Shown: positions 25,765 to 35,601, counted from the first letter of the stretch. The stretch is DNA of 64,000 nt from an uncultured Solirubrobacteraceae bacterium (GCA_963844555.1 CAWJOS010000003.1:1061-65060), one strand, 5' to 3'. A program made the numbers and translations. Notes: generated by a model from the letters alone, not told the origin.

Positions 25765-28407
25765 ATGACCTCTGACGAGATCCGCCGGACGTTTCTCGAG
25801 TACTTCGAGCAGAACGGGCACCTGAGGCTGCCGTCAGGCTCGCTGGTGCCCGCCGAGCACGACCCGTCCGCGTTGTTCACGGTCGCCGGCATGCACCCGC
25901 TCAAGCCGTATTTTGCCGGAACCGAGACGCCGCCCCGCCGGCGCGTCACCACCTGTCAGAAGGTGTTCCGCACGCCGGACATCGAGATCATCGGCACCAC
26001 CACCCGGCACCTCACGTTCTTCGAGATGCTCGGCAACTTCTCGTTCGGCGATTACTTCAAGCGCGAAGCGACGCGGTTCGCCTGGGAGCTGTCGACCCAG
26101 GGCTTCGGCTTCAATCCGGACGACATCTGGATCACCGTCTTCGCGGGCGACGAGGAGCTCGGCCTGGGTCCGGACGAGGAGGCGATCAACGCCTGGACGG
26201 ACATCGGCGTCCCCCAGGAACGGATCGTCGAGTGCCCGCGGTCGGAGAACTTCTGGCAGGCGGGCCCGACCGGCCCCTGCGGACCGTGCTCGGAGCTGTA
26301 CCTCGACCGCGGCGTGGACCACGGGAAGGCGGACGACCTCCCCGGAGGCGACAACGAGCGCTTCCTGGAGTACTGGAACCTGGTGTTCATGGAGATGGAC
26401 CAGAACCCGGTCAACGTCCTGACCCCGCTGCCGGCCAAGAACATCGACACCGGGTTGGGGCTCAATCGTATGGCCTGCATCCTCCAGGGCAAGGCGACCG
26501 TGTTCGAGACCGACCAGTTCGCGCCGCTCATCACGCTCGGCGAGGAGCTCTCCGGCCGCCGCTACGGCGCCGAGTTCCCCACCGATCGCTCGCTGCGGGT
26601 CCTCGCCGACCACACCCGTGCGATGACGTTCCTGCTCGCCGACGGCGTCGTCCCGTCCAACGAGGACCGCGGCTACGTCCTGCGCCGCGTCATGCGCCGC
26701 GCCATCCAGCACGGGCGCTCTCTCGGCCTCGACCCCGGCTTCCTGCACCGCTACGCCGACGTCGTCACCGAGCTGATGGCCGACCAGTATCCGGAGCTGC
26801 GCGACCAGCATGATCTCGTCCGCCGCTGGATGGCCGCCGAGGAGGAGAGCTTCGGCCGCACCCTGGAGCAGGGGCTCAAGCGCGTGGACGAGCTCATCGC
26901 CCGCGCCCGCGACGACGGCGCCGAGGGCATCTCCGGCGCCGACGCCTTCCTCCTGCACGACACGTACGGCTTCCCCATCGACCTGACGCTGGAGATCGTC
27001 GCCGAGCATGGCCTCGGCGTGGACGAGGCGGGGTTCGAGGTGCTGATGGAGGACCAGCGCACTCGGGCCCGGGCCGGAGCGCAGCGCGGGCAGGCCGGCG
27101 ACGAGCTGCGCGAGCGCGCTGTCGCCCTCTCCGGCCGCGCCGGCTTTGCCACCGAGTTCGTCGGCTATGAGACGATCGACGCCGCGACGACGATCGGCGC
27201 GGTCGGCCGCGACAACGGCGAGGTGCTCGTCAAGCTGCTGGAGTCCCCGTTCTACGCCACCGGCGGCGGCCAGGTCGCCGACAGCGGCGTCCTGGAGTGC
27301 GAGACCGGCACCTGCCGGGCGCTGGTCACGGACGTCATCCGCCTGGGGACCGACCAGGTCGTCCGCCTGCAGCCGGAGCACGGCGCGTTCGAGCCCGGCG
27401 AGCGGGTCATCGCCCACGTCGACCGGGCCGCCCGCCACGCCACCGCGTGCAACCACACCGCCACCCATCTCCTGCACGCGTCGCTGCGGCGCCGGCTCGG
27501 CGACCACGTCCACCAGGCCGGCTCCTACGTCGGCCCGGACAAGCTGCGCTTCGATTTCACCCACTCCAGCGCCCTGACCGCGGATGAGGTGCGCCAGGTC
27601 GAGGACGACGTCAATGCGTGGATCCTGGAGAGCCACCCGGTCCGGGCCCTGACGACGACGCTCGACGAGGCCAAGAGTCTGGGGGCGATGGCCCTGTTCG
27701 GCGAGAAGTACGGCGACGTCGTCCGCATGGTCGAGGTCGGCGACGGTTCGTTCTCCCGCGAGCTGTGCGGCGGCACCCACGTCCGCACCACGTCGGAGAT
27801 CGGCCTGTTCCGCATCCTCACCGAGACCTCGAGCGCCGCCAACGTACGCCGGATCGAGGCGATCACCGGCCCGGAGGGCGTCCGGTTGGCCCGCGAGCGT
27901 GACCGTGAGCTGGAGCAGGTGGCAGAACGGCTCAGGGTGCCGCCGAACCGCGCCGCCGAGGGGGTCGACAAGCTGTCCGAGCGCGTGCGCGAGCTCGAGA
28001 AGGCGGTGCGGACCGCCCGGGCGGGCAACGGCGCCGTCGACCTCGAGCGCCTGATCGCCGACGCCGCCGAGATCCGCGGCGCGCGCGTGCTGACCGCGGC
28101 CGTCGAGGTGGCCGACGGATCGGCGCTGCTCGAGCTCACCGACCGGCTCAAGGGCCGCCTCGGCGACGCGGCGATCGTGCTCGGCCGCGCCGGCGACGGC
28201 CGCGTCGACCTGGTGGCCAGCGTCGCCCCGGCCCTCGTCAGCCGTGGGGTGCGCGCCGGCGAGATCGTCAAGGTGGCGGCGGCGAAGGTCGGCGGAGGCG
28301 GCGGTGGGCGCGATACGCTAGCCCGCGCCGGCGGGCGCGATCCGGAGCAGCTTCCGGCCGCCATCGAGGCCGCACGGGCGGCCATCGAGGCCGCCCTCGG
28401 CGCCTGA
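25765..28407 (+). CDS. alaS: alanine--tRNA ligase
   Basis: 880 aa; FTVAGMHPLKPYF, HLTFFEMLGNFSFGDYFK, editing-domain HTATHLLH, CGGTHV. Confidence 0.97.
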   Translation: MTSDEIRRTFLEYFEQNGHLRLPSGSLVPAEHDPSALFTVAGMHPLKPYFAGTETPPRRRVTTCQKVFRTPDIEIIGTTTRHLTFFEMLGNFSFGDYFKREATRFAWELSTQGFGFNPDDIWITVFAGDEELGLGPDEEAINAWTDIGVPQERIVECPRSENFWQAGPTGPCGPCSELYLDRGVDHGKADDLPGGDNERFLEYWNLVFMEMDQNPVNVLTPLPAKNIDTGLGLNRMACILQGKATVFETDQFAPLITLGEELSGRRYGAEFPTDRSLRVLADHTRAMTFLLADGVVPSNEDRGYVLRRVMRRAIQHGRSLGLDPGFLHRYADVVTELMADQYPELRDQHDLVRRWMAAEEESFGRTLEQGLKRVDELIARARDDGAEGISGADAFLLHDTYGFPIDLTLEIVAEHGLGVDEAGFEVLMEDQRTRARAGAQRGQAGDELRERAVALSGRAGFATEFVGYETIDAATTIGAVGRDNGEVLVKLLESPFYATGGGQVADSGVLECETGTCRALVTDVIRLGTDQVVRLQPEHGAFEPGERVIAHVDRAARHATACNHTATHLLHASLRRRLGDHVHQAGSYVGPDKLRFDFTHSSALTADEVRQVEDDVNAWILESHPVRALTTTLDEAKSLGAMALFGEKYGDVVRMVEVGDGSFSRELCGGTHVRTTSEIGLFRILTETSSAANVRRIEAITGPEGVRLARERDRELEQVAERLRVPPNRAAEGVDKLSERVRELEKAVRTARAGNGAVDLERLIADAAEIRGARVLTAAVEVADGSALLELTDRLKGRLGDAAIVLGRAGDGRVDLVASVAPALVSRGVRAGEIVKVAAAKVGGGGGGRDTLARAGGRDPEQLPAAIEAARAAIEAALGA

Positions 28408-28411
28408 GGCG

Positions 28412-28816
28412 ATGCGCGTCCTCGCTCTGGACTACGGTAAGGCGCGCTGTGGATGCGCCGTCTCAGACCCCACCGGCACGTTGGCCACGCCGCTTGAGCC
28501 CGTGACCCAGCCGGCTTCGCGGCGCGGTCTCGCCCGCCTGCGCCACCTCGTGGCCGAGCTCGGCGCCGAGCGCGTGGTGGTGGGCCTGCCGCTGTCGCTG
28601 TCCGGAGGGGATTCGTCCCAGACCGCGGAGGCCCGCGCCTTCGCCGCGGCCCTGGAGCGCGGGCTGCCCGTTGCCGTCGAGCTCTACGACGAGCGCTTCA
28701 CCACGCGCCTGGCCGAGCGGACCGGCGGCCGGGCCAGCGAGGACTCGCGCGCCGCCGCCCACCTGCTGGAGGGCTGGCTGGCGCGCCACCGGCAACCGGA
28801 CGAGGTCCATGGCTGA
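28412..28816 (+). CDS. ruvX: Holliday junction resolvase-like protein RuvX (YqgF)
   Basis: MRVLALDYGKARCGCAVSD ... VVGLPLSLSG ... DERFTT. Confidence 0.9.
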   Translation: MRVLALDYGKARCGCAVSDPTGTLATPLEPVTQPASRRGLARLRHLVAELGAERVVVGLPLSLSGGDSSQTAEARAFAAALERGLPVAVELYDERFTTRLAERTGGRASEDSRAAAHLLEGWLARHRQPDEVHG

Positions 28817-30341
28817 GGGCCGCGAGCGCACCGCCGAGGAACGGGAGGCCGCCCGCCGCGAGCGTGAACGCCGCCGCGCCGGCGTCTTCAACGACCCTGA
28901 CCAGCATCTGCCGCCGGTGGGGCCCCGCGCACCGGCCGAGCCGCAGCCAACCGCCGGGCCGCAGCCAACCGCCGGGCCGCAGCCGACCGCCGGGCCGCAG
29001 CCGACCGCCGGGCCGCAGCCGACCGCCGGGCCGCAGCCGACCGCCGGGCCGCAGCCGACCGCCGGGCCGCAGCCGACCGCCGGGCCGCAGCCGACCGCCG
29101 GGCCGCAGCCGACCGTCGAGCCGCAGCCGACCGTCGAGCACGACGTGCTTGCCGACGGCGCCGACGCCGGTGAGCGGCACCCGGACGACGAGCGGCCGTC
29201 CGGCACCCGCCGGGTCAGCCGCCTGCGGGCCGAGGGTCCGAGCCGCCGGAGCCGGCCGCCGCGCGGCCCGCGCCGGGCCCAGGGGGAGGACCGGCGGCGC
29301 GCGGGGCCCGCCGGGCGTCCGCATAAGCACTCGTGGCTGGGGCGCATGGTCGCCGTGATCATGGTCGCGCTCGCCGCGGTGCTCATCTGGTTCGCGGTCG
29401 AGCTGTTCCAGCCGTTCGGCACCTCGCCCCACGGCCGGATCACGGTCACCATCCCCGGCCATTCCAGCGCCACGGATGTCGGCGACCTGCTCGCCCGCGA
29501 CGGCGTGATCCCGTCCGGGTTCTTCTTCGAGGTCCGCGCCGCCCTGGCCGGCGACCGCAGCAAGCTGCGCTCCGGGATCTACCGGCTCCAGCAGGGGATG
29601 TCCTACTCCGCGGTGCTGACGAGGCTGACCACCCCGCCGCCCGCGGTCCCCACCAGCCAGCTGACGATCGCCGAGGGCCACACCCGTCAGTACGTCAGCA
29701 CGCTCCTGCGCCGGCAGGGGATCAAGGGCAGCTACCTGGCCGCCACCCGCAGCTCGCCGCTGCTCGACCCCCGCGCCTACGGCGCGCCGCGCCACCTCGC
29801 GTCGCTGGAGGGCTTCCTGTTCCCGGACACGTTCCGCCTCGTCGAGCCGATCCGGGTCTCGGCGCTCGTCGCCGACCAGCTGCGGGACTTCAAGCAGCGC
29901 TTCGCCGGCGTCAACCTGGCGTACGCCCGCTCCAAGCACCTGACGGCCTACGACGTGCTGAAGATCGCGTCGCTGATCGAGGGCGAGGCGGCGACGCCCC
30001 ATGACTTGCCGCTCGTCGCCTCGGTCATCTACAACCGGCTCGCCGACGGCATGCTGCTCGGCCTGGACTCAACCACGCGGTATGCCACCGGCAACTTCAC
30101 CGGGCCGCTGACCGAGTCCCAGCTCCACGACCCGTCGCCCTACAACACGCGCGTGCACCCCGGTCTGCCGCCGACGCCGATCGACAGCCCCGGGATGGCG
30201 GCGATCCAGGCCGCCGCCCACCCGGCCCAGTCGCACTACCTGTACTTCTTCACCAAGCCGTGCACCAATCGCAGCGTGTTCGCGACGAGCTACTCCCAGT
30301 TCCTCAACCTGCTCCAGGTTGACCGGCGCAACCACTGCTGA
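28809..30341 (+). CDS. mltG: endolytic murein transglycosylase MltG (YceG-like) with a long repeat-containing N-terminal region
   Basis: TM helix VAVIMVALAAVLIWFAV then YceG domain (LEGFLFPDTF, ASLIEGEA, LGLDSTTRY, YNTRVHPGLPPTPI). Internal ATG of ORF 28671..30341, overlaps the ruvX stop. Confidence 0.85.
   Translation: MAEGRERTAEEREAARRERERRRAGVFNDPDQHLPPVGPRAPAEPQPTAGPQPTAGPQPTAGPQPTAGPQPTAGPQPTAGPQPTAGPQPTAGPQPTAGPQPTVEPQPTVEHDVLADGADAGERHPDDERPSGTRRVSRLRAEGPSRRSRPPRGPRRAQGEDRRRAGPAGRPHKHSWLGRMVAVIMVALAAVLIWFAVELFQPFGTSPHGRITVTIPGHSSATDVGDLLARDGVIPSGFFFEVRAALAGDRSKLRSGIYRLQQGMSYSAVLTRLTTPPPAVPTSQLTIAEGHTRQYVSTLLRRQGIKGSYLAATRSSPLLDPRAYGAPRHLASLEGFLFPDTFRLVEPIRVSALVADQLRDFKQRFAGVNLAYARSKHLTAYDVLKIASLIEGEAATPHDLPLVASVIYNRLADGMLLGLDSTTRYATGNFTGPLTESQLHDPSPYNTRVHPGLPPTPIDSPGMAAIQAAAHPAQSHYLYFFTKPCTNRSVFATSYSQFLNLLQVDRRNHC
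28941..29138 (+). repeat. 11 tandem copies of an 18-bp unit CCGCAGCC(A/G)ACCG(C/T)CG(G/A)G, in frame (PQPTAG x9, PQPTVE x2)
   Basis: Read directly; copies differ only at three positions. Confidence 0.95.
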
Positions 30342-31152
30342 CGGCGCGCGCACGCGGCTCGGCGTGCTCGGCTGGCCGGTCCGCCACAGCCGCTCCCCGG
30401 CCATCCAGAACGCGGCACTGGCCGCCGCCGGGCTCGAGGGCTGGCGCTACCAGCTGCTGCCGGTTCCGCCGGAGCTGTTCGCCGAGGTGGTGCCGGCCCT
30501 GCCCGCGGCCGGCTTCGCCGGCGCCAACGTCACGATCCCGCACAAGCAGACGGCGCTTGCGCTCGCCGGCGAGGCCACCGCGCGGGCCCGGGCGATCGGC
30601 GCCGCCAACACCCTGACGTTCGCCGGAGGCGCGATCAGCGCCGACAACACCGACGCCCCGGCGCTCATCGACGCGCTGCCGTTCCCGGCCGCCGGCCGCA
30701 CGGCGCTCGTCCTGGGCGCGGGGGGCAGCGCACGCGCCGCCGTGTGGGCGTTGGTCGACGCCGGGGCGGCCGAGGTCCGCGTCTGGAACCGGACGCCGGA
30801 GCGCGCCCGGCAGCTGTGCGCCGCGCTCGGGGCCACCCCCGCCGAGGCTCCGGGGCCGGCCGACGTGCTCGTCAACTGCACGACGGCCGGTCTTGACGGC
30901 AGCTCCTCGTTCGATCAGCTGCCCCTCTCGGCGGGCGACCTCGGCGATTACGGCGCTGTCGTCGACCTGGTCTACCGCGGGGCGGAAGTGACGACCCTCA
31001 TCGCCGAGGCCCGCACGCGCGGAATCCCCAGCGTCGACGGGCTGGAGCTGCTCATCGGCCAGGGCGCGCTCAGCTTCGAGCGCTTCACCGGCGTCGCCGC
31101 CTCGCTGGAGACGATGCGGGCCGCCGTGCGCTCCGGATCGACCGACAGCTAA
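30319..31152 (+). CDS. aroE: shikimate dehydrogenase
   Basis: GVLGWPVRHSRSPAIQNAAL, NVTIPHK, GAANT, LGAGGSARA; TTG at 30319 or GTG at 30364 as start. Confidence 0.85.
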   Translation: MTGATTADGARTRLGVLGWPVRHSRSPAIQNAALAAAGLEGWRYQLLPVPPELFAEVVPALPAAGFAGANVTIPHKQTALALAGEATARARAIGAANTLTFAGGAISADNTDAPALIDALPFPAAGRTALVLGAGGSARAAVWALVDAGAAEVRVWNRTPERARQLCAALGATPAEAPGPADVLVNCTTAGLDGSSSFDQLPLSAGDLGDYGAVVDLVYRGAEVTTLIAEARTRGIPSVDGLELLIGQGALSFERFTGVAASLETMRAAVRSGSTDS

Positions 31153-31163
31153 CCTGCCCGGCG

Positions 31164-31358
31164 ATGGCGGACGACGAGCACAGCGCCGGCGCGGGCGCCC
31201 AGACATGCACCCCCTGTCGCGGGACGGGGCGGCTGATCTCCGGCCTGGGCGGGACCCAGCACCAGGTCACCTGCCCGTGGTGCCGAGGCACCGGCGTCCG
31301 GATCCCCGGCATCGACGCGCAGGAGTCGCCGGCCGAGGGCGGCGCTTCCACGGAGTGA
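31164..31358 (+). CDS. small DnaJ-type zinc-finger protein (two CxxCxGxG motifs)
   Basis: 64 aa: CTPCRGTG ... CPWCRGTG; fills the aroE-aroC gap exactly with gene-like GC3. Confidence 0.5.
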   Translation: MADDEHSAGAGAQTCTPCRGTGRLISGLGGTQHQVTCPWCRGTGVRIPGIDAQESPAEGGASTE

Positions 31359-31365
31359 AGCCACG

Positions 31366-32538
31366 ATGGCGCTGACGCTGACCACCGCCGGCGAGTCGCA
31401 CGGCCCCGGGCTCACCTGCATCATCGAGGGCATGCCCGCCGGCCTCCCGCTCGACCGCTCGCAGCTCGACCGTGACCTCGCCCGCCGCCAGCTCGGACAC
31501 GGCCGCGGCGGCCGGATGAAGATCGAGCGCGATCGCGTCGACGTCACCGCCGGAGTCCGTCACGGCCGGACGCTCGGCGGGCCGATCGCCCTCCAGGTCG
31601 CCAACCGGGACTTCGCCAACTGGGAGGAGCGGATGAACCCGTGGCCGGTCGACGGCGAGACGGCCGAGGTCCATCTCCCGCGTCCCGGTCACGCCGACCT
31701 CGTCGGCACCCAGAAGTACGGGCTGACCGACGTGCGCGACATCCTCGAGCGCGCCAGCGCCCGCGAGACCGCCGCCCGGGTCGCCGGCGGCGCGGTCGCC
31801 AAGGCCTTTCTGCGGGCGGTGGGCGTCGAGGTCTTCTCCCACGTCATCCAGATCACCGGGGTTTCGGCTCCGCGGCGCGACGACCTGACGCCCCGGGACT
31901 TCGCCGAGGTCGACGAGTCGCCCGTGCGCTGCCTGGACGTCGAGGCGAGCCGGGCGATGGTGGAGGAGATCAACCGGCTGCGCAAGGCCAACGAGTCGCT
32001 CGGCGGCGTGTTTGAGGTCCGCGCGTTTGGGTTGGTGCCCGGCCTGGGCTCCCACGTCTCCTGGCGCGAGCGCCTCGACGGGATCCTCGGCCAGGCCATC
32101 CTGTCGATCCAGGCGGTGAAGGCGGTGGCGATCGGCGACGGGCTCGAGGTCGCCGGCCTGCCCGGCTCCCAGGCCCACGACGAGATCTTCTACGACGACG
32201 CCCACGGCTTCCATCGCCAGACCAACCGCTCCGGTGGCGTCGAGGGCGGCATGACCACCGGTGATCCGCTCGTCGTCCGCGGCGCGATGAAGCCGCTGCC
32301 CACCCTGACCAAGCCGCTGCGGTCGGTCGACATCGCCACCCACGAGCCCGCCGAGGCGCTGCGGGAGCGCACCGACTCGTGCACCGTGCCCGCCGCCGGC
32401 GTGGTGGGGGAGGCGATGGTGGCGTTCGTGCTCGCCGATGCCTACCGGCGCAAGTTTGGGGGCGACCACATCGACGACGTCATCGCGGCCGTCGACGCCT
32501 ACCGCGAGCGGATTGGGTGGCAGGCGCGGATCGCGTGA
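31366..32538 (+). CDS. aroC: chorismate synthase
   Basis: LTTAGESHGPGL, GRGGRMKIE, RPGHADL, ERASARET, GGMTTG. Confidence 0.95.
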   Translation: MALTLTTAGESHGPGLTCIIEGMPAGLPLDRSQLDRDLARRQLGHGRGGRMKIERDRVDVTAGVRHGRTLGGPIALQVANRDFANWEERMNPWPVDGETAEVHLPRPGHADLVGTQKYGLTDVRDILERASARETAARVAGGAVAKAFLRAVGVEVFSHVIQITGVSAPRRDDLTPRDFAEVDESPVRCLDVEASRAMVEEINRLRKANESLGGVFEVRAFGLVPGLGSHVSWRERLDGILGQAILSIQAVKAVAIGDGLEVAGLPGSQAHDEIFYDDAHGFHRQTNRSGGVEGGMTTGDPLVVRGAMKPLPTLTKPLRSVDIATHEPAEALRERTDSCTVPAAGVVGEAMVAFVLADAYRRKFGGDHIDDVIAAVDAYRERIGWQARIA

Positions 32539-34061
32539 CCGAGCGCACGATCGCGCTCGTCGGTTTCATGGGCGCCGGGAAGTCGACGGCCGCCCGGAGC
32601 GTGGCCGGCGCCCTGGGCCTGGCCGTGGTCGACTCGGACCAGGTCATCGAGCAGCGCGCCGGCAAGCCGATCGAGCAGATCTTCGCCGGCGACGGCGAGG
32701 CGGCGTTCCGGGAAGCCGAGGAACGGGTGGTGCTCGAGTTGCTCGAGGCGCCGGAGAGCCGGGTGGTGGCGCTCGGTGGAGGAGCCCTGGGCTCCGAACG
32801 GGTGCGCGAGGCCCTCGCCGAGCACCTCGTCCTCTGGGTCGATGTCGACCTGGAGACCGCCTGGCGGCGCTGCCAGGGGACCGGTCGCCCGCTGGCCGCC
32901 GAGCCGGCGAGCTTTGCGCAGCTCTACGTCGAGCGCGAGCCGGTCTATGCCCAGGTGGCCGATGTCGTCGTCCCCCACGAGCGCTCGGAGTCGATGGTCG
33001 ACATCCTGGCCGCCCTGGAGGGCATGCCCGCCCACGCCCAGCTGCTGTGGGCGACGAGCGCCTCCGGCGACTACCCGGCCTACATCGGCCCGGGCCTGCT
33101 CACCGAGCACCGGTTCTGGCCGGCGACGGTGTCCGGCCGGCGGTTCCTGGTGACCGATTACACCGCCGGGCGCCTGTACGGCGACGCCCTGGAGCCGCTC
33201 GACGGCCGGGTCACGATCATGCCCGGCGAGCAGTCCAAGACCATCGCCCACGCCGAGATCGTCTGGTCGGAGCTGGCCCGCGGGGGGATGACGCGCGCCG
33301 ACGTGGTGGTGGCACTGGGGGGCGGGGTGGTCGGCGACCTGGCCGGCTTCTGCGCCGCCACCTACCAGCGCGGGGTGCGCCTGGTGCAGGTCCCAACGAC
33401 GCTCGTCGCCCAGGTCGACTCCGCCTACGGAGGCAAGACCGGCGTCGATCTCGCCGAGGCCAAGAACTATGTCGGCGCCTACCACCAGCCGCAGGCCGTC
33501 ATCGCCGACACCAACGCGCTGGCCACGCTGCCCGAGGCCGAGCTGGGGGCCGGCTACGCCGAGGTGGTCAAGACCGCGCTCATCGCCGGCGGGCGATTGT
33601 GGGAGCTCGTCCGCGGGGGCGCCGAGCCGGCCCTGCCCGAGGTCGTCGCCGGGTGCGCCCGCACCAAGCTGCGGATCGTCGCCCGCGACGAGCGCGACGA
33701 CGGGGTCCGCCAGACTCTCAACCTCGGCCACACCGTCGCCCATGCCATCGAGACCGTCACCGGCTACGCCTCCTACCGGCACGGCGAGGCGGTGGCCCTC
33801 GGACTGCTGGCGGCACTGCGCCTGTCCGGCAACAGCGAGCTGCGCGCCGAGGTGGCCGAGCTGCTGCGAGGCCGCGGGCTGCCGACCGAGCTGAACGACG
33901 TCGACCCGGATGCCGTCGTCATGGCCACCGCCCGGGACAAGAAGCGCCTCGGCGACGGCCCGGTGCCGTTCGTCCTCCTCCCGCAGCCCGGCGACGCCCG
34001 GCCCGGGAGCACCGTGCCCACGCGGGAGCTCATCGCCGCTGTCCGCGAGCTGGCAAGCTAG
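32535..34061 (+). CDS. aroK-aroB: bifunctional shikimate kinase / 3-dehydroquinate synthase (single ORF)
   Basis: N-terminal IALVGFMGAGKST (P-loop) and DSDQVIE. Then, with no stop, YPAYIGPGLL ... GGGVVGDLAGF ... VPTTLVAQVDSAYGGKTGVDL ... NLGHTVAHA. GTGA overlap with aroC. Confidence 0.9.
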   Translation: MTERTIALVGFMGAGKSTAARSVAGALGLAVVDSDQVIEQRAGKPIEQIFAGDGEAAFREAEERVVLELLEAPESRVVALGGGALGSERVREALAEHLVLWVDVDLETAWRRCQGTGRPLAAEPASFAQLYVEREPVYAQVADVVVPHERSESMVDILAALEGMPAHAQLLWATSASGDYPAYIGPGLLTEHRFWPATVSGRRFLVTDYTAGRLYGDALEPLDGRVTIMPGEQSKTIAHAEIVWSELARGGMTRADVVVALGGGVVGDLAGFCAATYQRGVRLVQVPTTLVAQVDSAYGGKTGVDLAEAKNYVGAYHQPQAVIADTNALATLPEAELGAGYAEVVKTALIAGGRLWELVRGGAEPALPEVVAGCARTKLRIVARDERDDGVRQTLNLGHTVAHAIETVTGYASYRHGEAVALGLLAALRLSGNSELRAEVAELLRGRGLPTELNDVDPDAVVMATARDKKRLGDGPVPFVLLPQPGDARPGSTVPTRELIAAVRELAS

Positions 34062-34066
34062 GTTTG

Positions 34067-34525
34067 ATGCCAATGGATGTCCGCAACCGCGTCGAGGTCA
34101 TGCACGGTGTCAACCTGGACCAGCTGGGACGGCGTAACCCGGAGCACTACGACCGGATGACGTTCACCGAGCTGGAGATGGAGATCAACCAGGTCGCCGG
34201 CGAGCTCGGCCTGCTGCCGCGCTTCTTTCAGACCAATCACGAGGGCGACTTCGTCGAGCACCTCCATGGGCTGGAGGGACTCGCCGACGGGATCGTGCTC
34301 AACCCGGGGGCGTGGACGCATTACTCGTATGCGATCCGCGACGCGCTGGAGCTGGCCGGGCTGCCGGCCGTGGAGGTTCATCTGTCCGATATCGATGCAC
34401 GAGAGCCGTTCCGCCGCCAATCGGTCATTCAGGACCTGTGCTTTGCCCGGGTGACGGGCAAGGGGCGCGAGGGGTACCGCGAGGCGCTGTCGCGGCTGCG
34501 AGAGGAGCTGGCAAGCCATGACTGA
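34067..34525 (+). CDS. aroQ: type II 3-dehydroquinate dehydratase
   Basis: VMHGVNLDQLGRRNPEHY, FQTNHEGDFVEHLH, NPGAWTHYSYAIRDA, VEVHLSDI. Confidence 0.92.
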   Translation: MPMDVRNRVEVMHGVNLDQLGRRNPEHYDRMTFTELEMEINQVAGELGLLPRFFQTNHEGDFVEHLHGLEGLADGIVLNPGAWTHYSYAIRDALELAGLPAVEVHLSDIDAREPFRRQSVIQDLCFARVTGKGREGYREALSRLREELASHD

Positions 34526-35591
34526 CCGCGCTGACCGCCTTGTCGCGCGCCTGCCGGAGATCGGCGCCGACCTGATCGTCGTGACCTCGCTGGTCAACGT
34601 CCGTTACCTGACCGGGTACACCGGCTCCAACGGCGTTGCCGTGGTGGGGCCGAGCACCCGCCTGTTCCTGACCGACTTCCGCTACACCGAGCAGTCGGCG
34701 GAGGAGGTCGACCGCACCTTTGACCGCAAGATCGCGACGCTCGATTTGCTGGACGGGATCTCCGATACGCTGCCCGCCGGCGAGCTGCGGCTCGGCTTCG
34801 AGGACGCCCACCTGACCGTCCGCTCCCACGCCCGGCTGCGTGAGCTCATGCCGGGGCGCGTCGAGCTCGTCGCCGCCGGCGACCCGGTCGAGGAGCTACG
34901 GGCGGTCAAGGAGCCCGGAGAGATCGAGCGGATCGCGGCCGCCGCTTCGGTGGCCGACGCCGCCCTCCGCCAGATCATGGAGCAGGGCCTGGTCGGCCGG
35001 ACCGAGGTCGAGGTGGCGACGGCGCTGGAGCGCGCCATGCGCGACCTCGGCGCCCACCGTCCCTCGTTTGACTCGATCGTCGCCGCCGGGCCCCATGGCG
35101 CGCTGCCCCACGCCCAGCCGCGCTCCGTGACGATCGGCGCCGGGGAGCTGGTCGTCATCGACTGGGGGGCGGAGCTCGACGGCTACTGCTCGGACTGCAC
35201 GCGGACCCTGGCCACGGGCGAGCTGAGCGACACGGCCCGGGAGGTGTACGAGCTGGTCCGACGGGCGCAGCTGGCGGGCGTGGAGGCGCTCCGGGCGGGC
35301 ATCGGCGGGCGCGAGGCTGACTCCGCGGCGCGCGACATCATCGCCCAGGGCGGCCACGGCGACCATTTCGGCCACGGCCTCGGCCACGGTGTCGGCATGG
35401 AGATCCACGAGGGACCGCGGCTCTCCCAGCGCTCCGATGCGGTCCTCCAGGACGGCAACGTCGTCACCGTGGAGCCGGGCGTGTACCTGCCGGGGGAGCT
35501 GGGAGTGCGGATCGAGGATCTGACCGTCGTCACCGACGGCGGCTGCGACATCCTGACCTCGCTGCCCAAAGAGCTGATCACCGTCGGCTGA
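34518..35591 (+). CDS. M24 family Xaa-Pro aminopeptidase
   Basis: Creatinase-like N-domain plus metal ligands in VVIDWGAELDGYCSDCTRT, HGLGHGVGMEIHE, VVTVEPGVY, VRIED. Confidence 0.9.
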   Translation: MTDRADRLVARLPEIGADLIVVTSLVNVRYLTGYTGSNGVAVVGPSTRLFLTDFRYTEQSAEEVDRTFDRKIATLDLLDGISDTLPAGELRLGFEDAHLTVRSHARLRELMPGRVELVAAGDPVEELRAVKEPGEIERIAAAASVADAALRQIMEQGLVGRTEVEVATALERAMRDLGAHRPSFDSIVAAGPHGALPHAQPRSVTIGAGELVVIDWGAELDGYCSDCTRTLATGELSDTAREVYELVRRAQLAGVEALRAGIGGREADSAARDIIAQGGHGDHFGHGLGHGVGMEIHEGPRLSQRSDAVLQDGNVVTVEPGVYLPGELGVRIEDLTVVTDGGCDILTSLPKELITVG

Positions 35592-35601
35592 ACTGAGGAT
35601 C

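Noticed and set aside
28941-29138. Regular 18-bp repeats considered as a CRISPR-like array.
   Set aside because: There are no spacers, the unit is too short, and it is perfectly in frame within mltG, encoding PQPTAG repeats.
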